A stretch of DNA of 64,000 nucleotides. It comes from Octopus vulgaris. Its lineage: Eukaryota. The DNA lies in the NCBI GenBank assembly GCA_951406725.2, contig OX597829.1, positions 24,118,001 to 24,182,000 on the forward strand, read 5' to 3'. Positions 1 through 13,131 of this stretch are shown here, piece after piece. The stretch's first letter is position 1; every line of letters begins with the position of its first letter. Under the pieces are notes generated by a model, which did no database searches, was not told the DNA's origin, and saw only the letters and a program-made list of their open reading frames with translations. A program made the translations under genes and the position numbers.

Positions 1-220
1 GTTGCCAGCCTCACCTGGCACCTGTGCAGGTGGCACGTAAAAAGCACCCACTACACTCACGGAGTGGTTGGCGTTAGGAAGGGCATCCAGTTGTAGAAAC
101 ATTGCCAGATAAGACTGGAGCCTGGTGCAGCCTTCTGGCTTCCCAGATCCCCGGTCGAACCGTCCAACCCATGCTAGCATGGAGAGCGGACGTTAAACGA
201 TGATGATGATGATGATGATG
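1..220 (+). mobile_element. Non-autonomous RTE-related retroelement/SINE (family A), 3' part with (GAT)n tail
   Basis: Core GGTTGGCGTTAGGAAGGGCATCCAG and tail CCATGCTAGCATGG...GGACGTTAAAC(GAT)n. Related copies at ~8207-8500(-), 22293-22684(-), 23163-23440(-), 31449-32095(-), 47150-47770(+), 47870-48130(+), 50630-51124(+), plus many decayed ones. Confidence 0.8.
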
Positions 221-486
221 ATTGCTGATTCTTCCAGCTCACTGCCTTGATGAACAGTTGATAATTTCAGATATTTTTTTCACTAAAGAAAAATTGTTTA
301 TGTAATTATTGGCTCATTAGTGAGGTCCTATATCAAAACCTTTTATTTGTTAGTATTTTTAAGGGGGTTTTTTTTCTCTTTTTTTAGTATTCACAAAATT
401 ATTTTTAAAACAGGAATGCTAAGTATTTTGTGGTGAGGACTAATTATGTTTGGTTTTTAATTATCTCTTAAAATCTATTTTTACAG

Positions 487-542
487 AGGCAGAGAAATGG
501 CAAAATGATAAAGAAAAATATAAACAGCAAGTAGAAGAAAAG
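487..542 (+). CDS. MTUS-like gene, internal exon (AEKWQNDKEKYKQQVEEK)
   Basis: tttttacag acceptor, AAG|gtatag donor, ends in phase 0 matching the next exon. Confidence 0.7.
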
Positions 543-3500
543 GTATAGTGTGACTTTGATTTCTTTTAAAATGTTTGTATGTGTTTATACATACGTGTGT
601 TTGTGTGTTTGTGTGTGTATACTGTTCATGTTCAAACATCCAGGACAAAAATTACCTTACTTAAAAAAACAAGTGAAAGTTGGTAGCATGAAAAGTCTCT
701 GGCCATAGGAAATCTGCTTCAGTAAATTTCATTTCATCTGTTCAAACAGAAGAAAGCAGATGTTTAAACAATGATGATGGTGATAGTAGCATTTAACACG
801 CTCTAGTTACTTTGTGTTTAAAAGAAATAGTTATTCAAGAATTTTTTGTCAACCTGATATTGAATTTGGTTTGATTTCTTTCAGAATAAAGATATTGACT
901 CTGAACACCAACAGGAATTGAGTTCTCTGCGATTGCGTAACTTGGAAGAAATTAGAACTCTCCAAAGAAAGCATGACGATCAGATGGAACGTAAGTAGCT
1001 TGGTGATAAATGGTAATGTTTGCAGTCAGTAGTAGTGGTGTTATTGAAATGCAGCTATAAGATCTATGGGAGTCTTTATGACAACCAGAATTTAAAAAGA
1101 AAGTATTTCCTAATAGGAAGTATGCATAGTGTATATAGATGGATGACAGACTCAGGAGGAATTTCCACCGTGTTTCGTGGTCTGCTACCACAACAGCTCC
1201 TTTATAGGATCCAGTTAGCTCAAGACATCATCAGGAGGAACCACGTCCAGTTTCAGCCCCTACACCTCTACCATTTTGACGTGGTGGGTCCCCGCTTACA
1301 GAGGTGTCTTCAGCTCTGGTGCTGGGTGCATGTCTTCTTTCTCCTTCTTTCTTCTATTCCCTGGCCTCTTCGATAATAGGAAGTATGCATAGGGTATTTA
1401 GATAGATGACAGACTCAGTAGAACTTAAGACAATTTATCTTTTTGGTATTTAGTTATGTCCCTTCACTTTTTGGATTCAAATCCAGCTCATACCAACTTT
1501 GCCTTTCTTTTGCAAACAAACAAATTATCTTAATTACATGAAGTGAAAATATTTTTCTTTCTTTGTGCACCCAAATGTGTCTGTGCATGTGTGTGTGTTT
1601 CATATATGCTTGTGAGAAGGAGTGCTGGGTTTAGCATCATATTCAAGCCAATGAATTTTCTGGTCTCTCAGAAAATGCTTCCATATATTAAAGAATAAAT
1701 TTGTACTCCTTTATGAAATTCCTTTGTAGGTTCTGGTATGATGTGTGTGTTGTACAAAAACATTGTGAATGTGATTTGGTTTCATTGATCATTTCAACAT
1801 CTATATAGTTGTGAGCATACATAGACACCTTTTCAGTTCTCCCACTCCTGGAGGGTGAAAGAGAGAGAGAAGGTTCTACTCCACCAAAAATAAATACTAG
1901 AACTTTGTTGGTATTCATTTACAGTTGACTACATTGGAACATAAAATGAAGTGCCTGTTTCAAAAACATCTACTCATTTTGGGATATGAACCTGCAACCT
2001 CATGGTCATGAGTCAAACACTCTTCCAGATCATGGTACCCTCACTATATGTGTGTGTGTGTGTTTCTTTTCACCTCCAACAATAGAGAGCAGTCACCATA
2101 TTTTATTCCATAACTGCCATCTCTGAAGAGCACAAGGTTACATAATCAGGCTGTTATCTAACACTCCTTTGAATTCCTAGTGCAAAACTGATTGGTAAGA
2201 TTGGGCCATAGTGGATATATAATACTGTACACTTTAACATATGTATATATATATGCATGTCATATATACTCTTTTCTTCCCCCAGGACTACACCAACAGC
2301 ATAGAGACAAACTTGCAGAGATTACCAATACTTTTGAAACCATTAAAATGTCATTATCGGTAAGTTAAAATTTTTATTACATGTAAATACTAATATGTAA
2401 TTTGTGTTGTAGAACTAATTAGGTTTTGCTAATTTTGAGGATAGTGTTAAATGAATTTCTGTTGTTGATGGATATATGAGTGGATTTACTTCCCTTGCTT
2501 CTCATGTTGCTCTTACACTGGAAATTAGGTTCACAGGAAAAGCATTGAAGAAAAACAATAAGTTATGATGACAATTAATTATAAACATAAAGCATTTTGT
2601 TTTCTTTATTTAGCAGGGGCACATGACTTTCATCACATAATTTCAAATTTAACTTATGTTTATTGTACCAAAGTCATATCCCTGATTTAATGCTAAATTG
2701 TGGTATGGGAACTCACTGTATAGAATAAGCACAGAGTTGTTATTATTATTATTATTAAGTGTTGAATATACTATATTTATTTGTGTTGCAATATTTCATA
2801 CTTGATTTTTAACTGAAAAAAACTGGAGTACAACTTATACTTGAGGCAAGGCTAAAACTATGAAGGGTAAAAATTTCATACCGCTTATCAGGAAAGGGTA
2901 AAAGAGGGGACAGAAAGCAGCAGTAAGTCAAATAAAGAAAGACGGCAATAACAGCCAAAAGAACATGCACAAAACACAGAATGACACACACAAAAAAGAA
3001 AAGTAAACCGTAAAAGACATTAAAAGGATAGGGTGCATGGGTAGGGCAGGAGTAGTGTTGATGAATTTTGGGAAACATGGAATTTTTTAAGCATGCTGTT
3101 TCCTAACATCTAACTGATAAGGATATATTCCAGACTTTGACAATTCTGAAAATGAAAAAAAAAACATTATTTCAAATAATCATAAGTGTTACACCTTTTC
3201 TTCTTTTTTTTTTTTCAGTCCCCCCCCCCAGCCCCCGATTAATGGTAATGTCTTAAATTCTAATAAAACAACATGCAGATAGATCGTCAAAGTAATTTGA
3301 ATATTAATGATTTACTGTTTCATGCATGTTTATCTTTGTTGTGTTGTCAGCAAATTCTAAAATTACAGTAACTATAGAAGATACAACAAAAATGGTTAGA
3401 TGATGATGATGATGTTGGACATGTTGTCTCCAAGGAGAGAAAGTAGTAGGAACATAATTATTGAAATACTCTTTTACTCTTTAACTTGTTTCAGTCATTT

Positions 3501-6500
3501 GACTGTGGCCATGCTGGAGCATCGCATTTAGTTGAGCAAATCGACCCCAGGACTTATTCTTTGTAAGCTTACTACTTATTCTATTGGTCTCTTTTGCTGA
3601 ACCGCTAAGTTACAGGGACGTAAACACACCAGCATTGGTTGTCAAGTGATGTTGGGGGGACAAACACACACACATACATATACACACACACACACACACA
3701 TATATATACATATATACGACGGGCTTCTTTCAGTTTCCGTCTACCAAATCCACTCACAAAGCTTTGATCAGCCCGAGGCTATAGTAGAAGACACTTGCCC
3801 AAGGTGACACACAGTGGGACTGAACCCGGAACCATGTGGTTGGTAATCAAGTTACTTATCACGCAGCCACTCCTGTACCTTGACTGTCTTTACATAAAGT
3901 TCAAATTTTGATAACAACTACAAGAATTTGCAAGCTAATGAAAGAAACTCTACTGGGTCAGTCACTCTATTAGAAATAGCAAGGAAATCTCATTTAAATC
4001 TCACCTCACTGTTTTAAAACACTGAGGTATACACTGGGTAAAACAGTCCTAGATTGACTATGACTCATTGCTTAACATTTGTCTTCAATGCTGGCATGGA
4101 TGGGACAGTTTGACAGGAGCCAACCAAGCAGAAGCCTGCACCAGACTTCTGCAACTGTTTTGGCAGGGTTTTTACAGCTGGATGCCCTTCCTAACACCAG
4201 CCACACATCAGCATGGACTTAGTGCTTTTTATGTGGCACAAGCACAGGCAAGGTCAAGTTTGGCAAGGATTTTACAGCTGGATGCTCTTCCAAATGCCAA
4301 CTACTTATAGTGTAGACTGGGTACTTTTAAGTGGCACTTGCAAGACAAAAATGTGACTGAATAAAGAAAGTGGGTTGGTCATGGCTTTGGTGTCTTTAAT
4401 CTTAAGTCTGTTTCATCAGGTTTGACAAGAGGTGAAAGAAACTATGGTATCAACAGGAGCCAGAAGGCTTTCTGTGGTCACTGGACTAGGTAAAAATAGC
4501 AGTCAAATCTCCTTCAAATCACATCCTATTGCCTTAAAAAGGGTCTGACTGGATACTGAAGTCCTAGAAAAAGTGTGTAACTGGAAATTGGAGGTGGTCA
4601 TTAATTAGTCCTGCTTTGTCAGAACTCTCAAAAAGGTTTTATTCAATTTGTATTATTATTATTTTAATGTGAAATTGTAATTTCATCTTTCAATTTATAC
4701 AGAATAAAGTTGAATCTTTATGTGAAGAATGTGATAAATTAAGAAAGCGAGCAGCCGTATGTGAAGAAAACCTTGAAAAAGAAGTTGATGTAAGGATTCA
4801 TGTATGCATCACCTTATATTCTCATTACTGGTTTGAAATTCAATATTTATATATTAATCATTTCATTTAAACATAATATACTCATCCTTCAGTAAATTTC
4901 AGTGTAAATTTCTTCAACCCTTTAGCATTCAGGTAACTCTACCAAACATAATGCTTATTTATTCACATTATTTTGAATTAATCATGCATTATCATGTAGC
5001 TTCAAAATTTCGATGATGTAATAGTTTTATTTTTAAGACTTTATTTAAGTTTTATTTTTAAGGTTCAGCTGGATTTTTAAGAGAAGCTGGATCTGGCCAA
5101 ATTGAACATAAAACAAGTATAATATTTCGGCTGGATATGTTCATTTTAAATGCTAAAAGGTTAAAGAAACAGAACAAAAAATACATTTCCAACCATAATA
5201 TATTCTTTAGCACTTGAGTGTTTTCTATAAGTCGTTTCTAAATAAGGCATGAAACCTAGATGTTTTAAGTGGAGGACAACTGAGAATTGTAACATTCATG
5301 TGTTTTCTAAAACAAAAATTTTCTTTTTAATTTAAAAAAAAAACTGTTTCATGATACAAAGTAAAATATCGATTTCTTTTATTGGCCACAAGGGCCCAAG
5401 ACATGGAGGGCAATATCAAAAGACGAGTTCCAGCACACAAAAATAAAACAAATTCAAAAACAAGCAAAAAACAGGTGGCGGGGTTCACATCATTCAAAGG
5501 GAGATACTACCACATTAAGGGATATCACAGAGGATATATAATAGAAATTAGATAAATAAATAGAATCCTCAATAGCAGAGAAATCCACTTAGGGTAATCC
5601 AGGGTAAACCCCACACAAAAATCCCAGATTACTCTGCCATCCTCAAGGCATTGGAAAGTGCCCTCTTCCAGTTTCTTTCCCCTTGCTTAGAAAAGCATAC
5701 TCAGTCGGTCCATTCAGTCTCACCAGTCTTGCCACTGTCAACCACCTTTTGATAAACACAGTAGAAGGCAGCACCTCCCTCTCTACCTTCACCTTTCTCT
5801 TCAAATGATATTTGAAGAAATTGATGAGGGCTTAATGATTACCAAACAAAAAATAAAACTCTATTTCAATTTATTTTCTACAAGGTATCTTATTCCCTTC
5901 ATTTGTGAAAAACCTCATTAAGAATCCCTTTGTAACTTTGAAAAGTGTTAATTACTTTCTAATTTTGGTGCTGTACCAACAGTTTTGATGGGGAGGGGCA
6001 AATTGATTGCATCAACCTCAGTGCTGGACTGGCACTTAATTTATTGACCCTCCAAATGGATGAAGGGCAGTCAGCCTCAGTGATATTTAATCTCAAAACT
6101 GTAAGGAACCAGAAGGAAGTTTACTAAGCATTTTGTCCAGCTTGGTAACAGTTCTGCTAACTCAATGCTGTTAATTAGCTTGATGTAAACCCCTAGTGCT
6201 TTTCAAGTTACAATAATGAGCTGAAGTAATTATTATAGCTCATGTAGTTATGAGCTTATTATAGCTCATGTAGTTATGAGCTATCACCGACTGTCATAAA
6301 GCTTTTAAAAAACAGAAGTCAATGTATTCAGCCTAACCACATTCATATATTTGTTTATTTATATTGTACACTCTTAATGTGTACACTGTCTCATGCACCA
6401 ACTAAATTTCTCTTCTTTTATATTTCTTATTGAAACAGAATGCTCTTGAAGTGTACAATCACCTACCCCAAGAAATAGATAGCTTAAAAGCTGTTATTGA

Positions 6501-7010
6501 TATGAAAAACACGGAGATTCAGAATCTTAATAAAGAAAATGGTAACTTGAGAACTCAGGTAGGTGTCTGTTAGTGTTTACAAATTCATTAACTTTATTTT
6601 TAATTAAGTTTTTTTTTCTTTTTTTTGAATTCTCTCATCATGAGAGTTTGCAATTTAAAAAGCAATAACAATAAAGACTATAAAATATATACATTAAAAT
6701 ATTTTGTGACTGTATCCTTATTGAGAAAACTGCCTAAGTGTTTCAATTCATTTTCAATGTAGTCAACATTGCAGAGATGTTTTACTAAAATATCTGTCTG
6801 TAATTATTTTTATTACTATATATATATATATATATATATTGGTAACTACACACATTTTTTTCTCTCCTTGTTTTTTCTGTGTCCCTTTCTGTAGAAAAGC
6901 GTAGGCTCGAAACACAAAAGACTTTTTCTATTCCTGAGCATTATACTAATACATCTGTTTGTTTTGTACACCACCTGCCTTCGTCTTTTGTTTTTTTCGT
7001 AAACTCTCCC

Positions 7011-7044
<34 letters not shown>

Positions 7045-7096
7045 TATTATGATGTTGTTAATCAACTAATACATGTTTTATGTTGATGTCAACTAA

Positions 7097-7134
<38 letters not shown>

Positions 7135-7212
7135 GTGTGTGTGTGTAAATGTATATATATATATATATGTGTACTTGTGCATATCTATATTTCTTGTCTC
7201 ACTCTCTTTTTC

Positions 7213-7248
<36 letters not shown>

Positions 7249-7760
7249 TTACACACACACACACACATATATATATCCATGTACCTCCTCTATAGCAAGA
7301 CACTTGTTTCTGCCTCTCTGTCTCACTCTAACTTTTCATCCTCTGACATGTTATTGTGGTGTACCCCTTCTCCTCTCAAAATTCCTTATCTTACAAGTTA
7401 CTTGGTGGTCCTACCGGTGTTGATGCCAGTTCACACTGTAAAGTGATTGGTGTTCGGAAGGGCATCCAGCTGTAAAAACCTTGCCAAAACTGATCTTGAC
7501 TGGGATGGTTGATGTTAGGAAGGACATCCGGCCGTAAAAACCCTGACAAAACATACACAGTATCCTGGGATAGTCTTCTGCCTGGCCAGCTCCTCTCAAA
7601 CCATCCAACCATCTGCGTGGAAAGCGGACATTAAGTGATGATATATATGTGTGTGTGTATCTGTGATTGTCTCCCTCTAACTAAAAATTCTTCAAGGTTT
7701 TGTTGCTGGATAACCACATTTCATTGACTTTAACAAGTAAGATTAATGATAAAAAGCATT

Positions 7761-7802
<42 letters not shown>

Positions 7803-10800
7803 CATACATATATATACACATATATATCTCTTTCTTTCTCTGTGTGTGCATGTGTCATCCATTTTCCATGCTGGCATGAGCTGGCCAGTTTGATAGGGGC
7901 TGGTAGATTCTGTTGTGGCATAGCTTCTACTGTTGGATGCCCTTCCTAATGCCAACCACTTTACATTGTGTGCTGGGTGTTTTTTTTTTTTTATGTGCCA
8001 CCATCTATAAAGGACAAGTTTGTATGTATGAACGACAGCAATTTTACCTAGCTTGATGTACAGCAAATCAGCACAGCTCGCGCTCCCTTGTCATTGCCTG
8101 CAGTGAGGCCCAGCATCCAAAAATCCCTTCTCACCATTTTGTTCTACGTCTTCCTGGGTCTATCTGTGTGTATATTATGTTTTTGTTGATATATATATAT
8201 ATATATCATCATCATCGTTTAACGTCCGTTCTCCATGCTAGCATGCGTTGGACGGTTCGACCGGGGATCTGGGAAGCCAGAAGGCTGCACCAGGCTCCAG
8301 TCTTATCTGGCAGTGTTTCTACAGCTGGATGCCCTTCCTAACGCCAACCACTCCGTGAGTGTAGTGGGTGCTTTTTACGTGCCACCTGCACAGGTGCCAG
8401 GCGAGGCTGGCAACGGCCACGGTCGGATTGGTGTATTTTATGTGCCACCGGCACGGAAGCCAGACGAGGCGGTGCTGGCATCGGCTACGAGTCGGATATG
8501 TTGTTGAGCAATTGTGTGTGTGTGTGGTTGGCGCAAGTTCCCTTTCAGACATAAGGTGATGTGGTAGTGAAATGACGCACTAGATAGAGATATACAAGTT
8601 AACGAAGGCAACAATGAAAGCCAATATGTCTACTAATTCTGAGCTAAAATTGCAGCCACTGGCATTGATTTGACTTCTTAGACAAATATTACATTACTAT
8701 TCCAATCAAAGTAATATGAAAATAAATACCATCTCTCCGGCACTGAAACAAATGCCAGAAACGATTAGTAAAAATGATATTCCTCAAACATTTAGACAAT
8801 TATCTAAATTGACAACAACATAATGTGCAAAAGTTTGATTACTTACCACAGCCAGCCAGGCTAAAAATAAACAGCCATGGCTCCTCAGATTGGAGTTTTT
8901 AACTTGAGGAAGGTCAAAAAATGCAGAAATCGTTTCTTCATGAATATTTTTAAATAAGTTCAAGTCTAGGGGATCTGTTAGGGCAGAGCTTATCCCAGTC
9001 TTTGTTGTGTATAAGCAGCTATTAGTACAAAACTCACTCCTGAATGGATACCAGTCCACTACAAGAGTACTTCTGGTACTTATTTTCAACTAGGTGGACG
9101 GAAACTTTTTGTTTTTGATACTTTGCTTGCTGAAGGAAAGGGATAACCCATGACTTTTGCAGGAGCTCTGAGACCCAGTGAGTTTGATGCTTATAATGTT
9201 CCATTTAAAGTGTTGCAAGTCAACAGCTGCAGGGAAAAGATTCCAGTAGGATGGTGTTTGGCAGGAAGTGGGGCGGGTGGTATTGATTAGAGTGAGTCAG
9301 GGCAGGGTGGGTTACAATAAGCTATACAAGCTATAGAGAGGCAAATATGTTGCGGTGCATGATTGAAGACAGTATTAGATAATTGGACCTCAAAAGCAAG
9401 GGCTGGATTGTGTCTGTTAGCGATTGAATTCCTATCAGTTGAGTAGCTCTTCCCTGCTTTCAGTCCAGGATGTTTAGAATAATTGCTTGGTATATTGGGA
9501 CTCAGTATGCTTTTCTAAAATCATTTAAAATTATTAGAGATGTTATTTTCTAAGAATTACCTTGTTATTGAACATAGTAACCTTTAAGATTTCTTTTTTC
9601 TTTTTAATGCTATGTTCTTTGTTTTATAGGCAGCAGAAATACAACCAGCTCTAGAAAAGATAACATTACTGCAACAGAAGATTGAGAATTTGGAAGCCAT
9701 ATTACAAATTAAAACTGACCATGAAAAGTAAGTTTTATTAATTATTTATTAATTAATTGATCTGTGTTTCTTTCCCCAACTCCACACTTTGCTCAGACAC
9801 CAACAACCAGTTTCCCTTTTATTCCCCAACATATTGTTAGGAAATCAGTTTCTGCCTACCAAATTTCTTATAAAATATTGATTAAAATAGTGCTATAGGA
9901 GACATTTTCCCAAAATATTGTAAATCTGAAATTATGCGGTTGTAAAGTGGATTTCTTTAGTGCACACCTATACAATATTTGATGCTCAACATATCTGCTA
10001 AAATTCAATCAGTTTATCCATTGATTATCTTCAGATAGCATATTCTGAAACTAATACTTAACTGTAATGTATGCGTGACGACAGTTGGTCTCTATATACC
10101 AAATCATTCTGCCCCAAAACACACACTATATCATTCTTCATACACATGATTAGAAATATCACACAGAGGACCATAAAACTAGATACAGTATGTTTAATGA
10201 ATGAATAAAAACAAGGGAGAAAACACAAGAGGGACAAGTTTTCACAAAGGTATTATTAGGTTTATGCTTGAAAAGAAAAAAGAAAAGGGTCTTCGACATT
10301 TTGGACATTAAATGCTTCATCAGAGAATGTTGAAGGCTGGTGGGAATGCTGTTTTATGGGGAGGAATTGAGAAGAGAGATAAAGGTTGGAAGTTGAGTGC
10401 ATATGAGAAGTATCTGTATAACGAGACGAACATAGGGGTATGTGTTTATATATGTATATATATATATTTGTGTGTGTATATATTATATTGCTGGTTCAAA
10501 TACTACTACACATCCCCAAATCATTTACATATATTTGTGTGTGTATATATATATATATCAGTGGTTCAAATACTACTGCTCACCCAAAAATATTTTTTTA
10601 ATGAGAAAACAAAATAGTTTTCTGCCTCCATATAATTCTTTATTTTCCGCAATTGTGTTGGATAAGTTTTAAATGTTGAAAACTGCCCTGATGTTATTAA
10701 ATGGAGCAATTTGTTTTCACAGCTCTCCAACATAAAACACCTTGCTTTATATAATACACACCTAACAGTGTTATTGGCTCCATATTGTGTATATTTATAT

Positions 10801-11578
10801 AAGCCTTGTGTATAACATGTATAAATCATGGGGTAATATATCTAATAGTTGTACCTTCTCTATATTTGTGTTTTTCATTTTTATAAGAACATTTATACAT
10901 AGTAAAACCTTTTATCAAACTTTTTTCATTTTCACTTTTAATATTTTTTCTTTCTTTTTTTTCTTTCTCAGGCAATTAAACGAGAAATGCCAAAGTTTAA
11001 TGAGGAAGTTTAATAAAGAGAATCGGGCTAACAAACGCATGTCGATGGAATTTGACAAACTGAAATGGCATATGAGTCAAAGTGACCTTTCTGGTTCACA
11101 GGAAAATATCTTAAAGATGTACAGCTGTTCACCTTCTGGTAGTGAATCCGGATCTCCCGATCCTACTCAGAGATTCAGTCGGTCACCAAAACATTGGGAT
11201 TATGATGATACCTCTGGTGATCAGCTATCTATGTCCGTTTCTTGTGACGGATCAAATGAACTTAAAACAAGGCGGAGAGTGGATACATTCTTGGTAACTG
11301 ATAGGATCTCTCCTCAAAATAGTCCAAAATATAAATCCAACTCAGTTCGTATGTCTCAGTCGTGGACAACAAGTGACGATCAAACAGACCTATTTACTTC
11401 TACACAATCAACTAACACAGACACCACTACTACCACCGCCACTTCCACCACCACTACCACCACCACCACCACCACACACGCATACTTGCCATCACCTGCT
11501 GAATCAACAAAACCTATATCATCTGAAAATTCAGATATAAACACGTGTCCAACTAAAGAAGAGTCTTCATCTACTTGA
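487..11578 (+). CDS. 3' part (7 coding exons) of an MTUS1/MTUS2/CCDC69-family coiled-coil protein gene; 5' exons lie upstream of the window
   Basis: Phase-compatible GT-AG exons: 487-542, 885-990, 2286-2359, 4703-4789 (or 4801), 6439-6558, 9630-9727, 10972-11578 (TGA). The joined protein includes YNHLPQEIDSLKAVIDMKNTEIQNL, LEKITLLQQKIENLEAIL and KQLNEKCQSLMRKFNKENRANKRMSMEFDKLKWHMSQSDL. These resemble, from memory, the MTUS1 C-terminal segments ESLKAVLE-KN and RQLS...[20 protein letters not shown]. Confidence 0.82.
885..990 (+). CDS. MTUS-like gene, internal exon (NKDIDSEHQQELSSLRLRNLEEIRTLQRKHDDQME)
   Basis: tttctttcag acceptor, gtaagt donor at 991, phase 0 to 1, coiled-coil composition. 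Confidence 0.8.
2286..2359 (+). CDS. MTUS-like gene, internal exon (RLHQQHRDKLAEITNTFETIKMSLS)
   Basis: Pyrimidine tract plus cag acceptor, gtaagt donor at 2360, phase 1 to 0. Confidence 0.82.
4703..4801 (+). CDS. MTUS-like gene, internal exon (NKVESLCEECDKLRKRAAVCEENLEKEVD[VRIH])
   Basis: tttatacag acceptor; two in-phase donors, gtaagg at 4790 and gtatgc at 4802. Confidence 0.75.
4918..5160. mobile_element. piggyBac-type MITE
   Basis: TIR CCCTTTAGCATT/AATGCTAAAAGG, flanked by TCAA and TTAA; second copy at 45633-45850 with TTAA on both sides. Confidence 0.75.
5377..5832 (-). mobile_element. L1/Tx1-type LINE 3' end
   Basis: Minus strand encodes ALINFFKYHLKRKVKVEREVLPSTVFIKRWLTVARL, resembling Tx1-type ORF2 C-termini, followed by a 3' UTR ending in AATAAAGAAA. 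Confidence 0.55.
6439..6558 (+). CDS. MTUS-like gene, internal exon (NALEVYNHLPQEIDSLKAVIDMKNTEIQNLNKENGNLRTQ)
   Basis: aaacag acceptor, CAG|gtaggt donor, 120 nt, phase 0 to 0; carries the family-typical SLKAV.DMKN motif. Confidence 0.88.
6842..7010 (+). mobile_element. Short (TA)n-embedded element with degenerate hammerhead
   Basis: CTTT CTGTAGA AAAGC GTAG GCTC GAAAC ACA AAAG at 6885-6920; flanked by (TA)n; shares its downstream tail with the 14870-15136 element. Confidence 0.55.
9630..9727 (+). CDS. MTUS-like gene, internal exon (AAEIQPALEKITLLQQKIENLEAILQIKTDHE)
   Basis: gttttatag acceptor, gtaagt donor at 9728, phase 0 to 2. Confidence 0.85.
10235..10445 (-). mobile_element. Short element with degenerate hammerhead (same family as 14040-14250)
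   Basis: Minus strand TCT CTGATGA AGCATTTAATGTCC AAAATGTC GAAGAC at 10289-10326; the track ORFs 10312 (+) and 13962 (-) are near-identical translations of this repeat. Confidence 0.55.
10972..11578 (+). CDS. MTUS-like gene, terminal coding exon with Ser/Thr-rich tail
   Basis: Long pyrimidine tract plus ctcag acceptor; phase 2 completes AAG; equals the 3' part of track ORF 10787..11578; TGA at 11576-11578. Confidence 0.88.
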
Positions 11579-13125
11579 TCTCATTTTTTTTTTTTTCTCC
11601 CCATTGTTGAACATTTTTTGTTAACTTATAGGCAGAAAAGTTTATGCATAGATTAGTTGTTTCAAATTTTTTCCATAAATTTGTTTAAAACGTGTTTCAA
11701 ATAATTTAGATAACTTTTATGATATTGGTTCACAGTATCTTTTTGAAGGAAGGCATTTGTATTTTTCATTAATCATTATTCAAAATAGGTAAAAAAGAAA
11801 AAAGACAAAATTGTCAAAGAAAAATAAGCTTTGTATTCAAAAATTTACAATTCTGTAAACAAAAAAATATTAACAGTAGGAAAATGTTTTGAATTTTAAA
11901 TAGGAAATTTTGAAAGATATCAAAGCTAAGTCTTTCGAAATTCTACACAGAATCTCTTTTTATTAAGAATAGTAGAAAACTACTAATTAATAAGTGACTA
12001 ATTAATAAATGCTATGGAAATAATGAAGCAATCATGTTGATCATGTAGACATTTCTGCTGAACATGTAATACGGCCCGAATTATGTATGTATAAACTTTT
12101 TTTCCCATTTTTTTTTTTTTTACTATATAGATGTGTGTAAATGTTACTGTGTATATTATTTAAATTCCACCTTAAAAAAAAAAAGGAAAAAAAAACTGTT
12201 AAAAAAATTTAACCTCTAAGAGGTCTCCTCGAGGTGGAAGTCAGTCCTAGGTTTCGAACCTGAAATTTGAGTTGTTTAATTTAAGATGAATTTGTTTTGG
12301 ATATACCTCACAAATAACTAGAAATAAGTGAGCAAACTGATGTCTTGACTGTCATTTGGAGTTGAACTTGTACTGTGTGCTTGAATATAACACTGAAATT
12401 AATAGCTAAAAAAAAAAATGGAAAAAAAAAAAGGATTATTATATATATATATATGTATGTATATATGTATATATATAGATGTTGTCTTGCAATCAATCAG
12501 AACTGCCATAATTCTTGAAAGAATCATATCAACAAAATATTTATGAAATGCCACATTTCAGAGAAAAACATGAGGTTGAAAGAAGAAAGAAAAAAAAAAA
12601 AAACAACATAGTTTACAAGATGGTAAATATTCTTTTCCAAGAATTTATATCCAAGAATATATTTACAGGCAAAATTACACCGATGTATGAATCTATATCA
12701 CAAGTCATTTTCAAACTTATAATTGGGTTTGGTGTAAGCTGCATTGTAAAACACGGGATTATAAATTGACTCTACGGCTTTCATGAATGAAAGAATGTAA
12801 AGTAATGTAAACACAAGAAAATCTGAAACAATGGAACTCCCAGAATTTTCAACTTCATAACAAACCATGTTGGGAGTGGAACTGATATCGATAAAAAAAG
12901 ACAGAATGAAGTAAAAAGGCAGCTCGTTAAAGATTGTTTGGACAGTGAGCTCTAAATTTATTTTTGCTCATTATCAGTAAGACAAATTGCCATCTTATTT
13001 TGAACTATCTGGACAGACTTAACTTCTTTTCAATCTTTCTGTAGCTTGTATTTGTCCTTAATTACCCTATGTCGTTAATATTATTATCATTATTATATTA
13101 CCATTTGTTGTTGTTGTTATTGGTC

Positions 13126-13131
13126 AATAAA
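13126..13131 (+). terminator. Candidate polyadenylation signal of the MTUS-like gene
   Basis: AATAAA followed by T- and GT-rich sequence, at the end of ~1.5 kb of repeat-poor A/T-rich 3' UTR-like sequence; another AATAAA lies at ~12004. Confidence 0.4.

Noticed and set aside
2865-2905. CTGATAAGCGGTATGAAA on the minus strand
   Set aside because: Core mismatch, no convincing stem II or NUH site; too degenerate to call.
6230-6283. Tandem duplication of a short hairpin-forming ~26-mer (similar 20-mer duplication at ~40000-40045)
   Set aside because: Ordinary slippage duplication with no further structure.
8560-9520. Possible decayed LINE on the minus strand in an MTUS-like intron
   Set aside because: Only a vague resemblance to an RT C-terminus; no motif solid enough to annotate.
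10787-10971. N-terminal part of the 263-aa track ORF
   Set aside because: Intronic pyrimidine tract (F-rich translation); the real exon starts at the acceptor before 10972.
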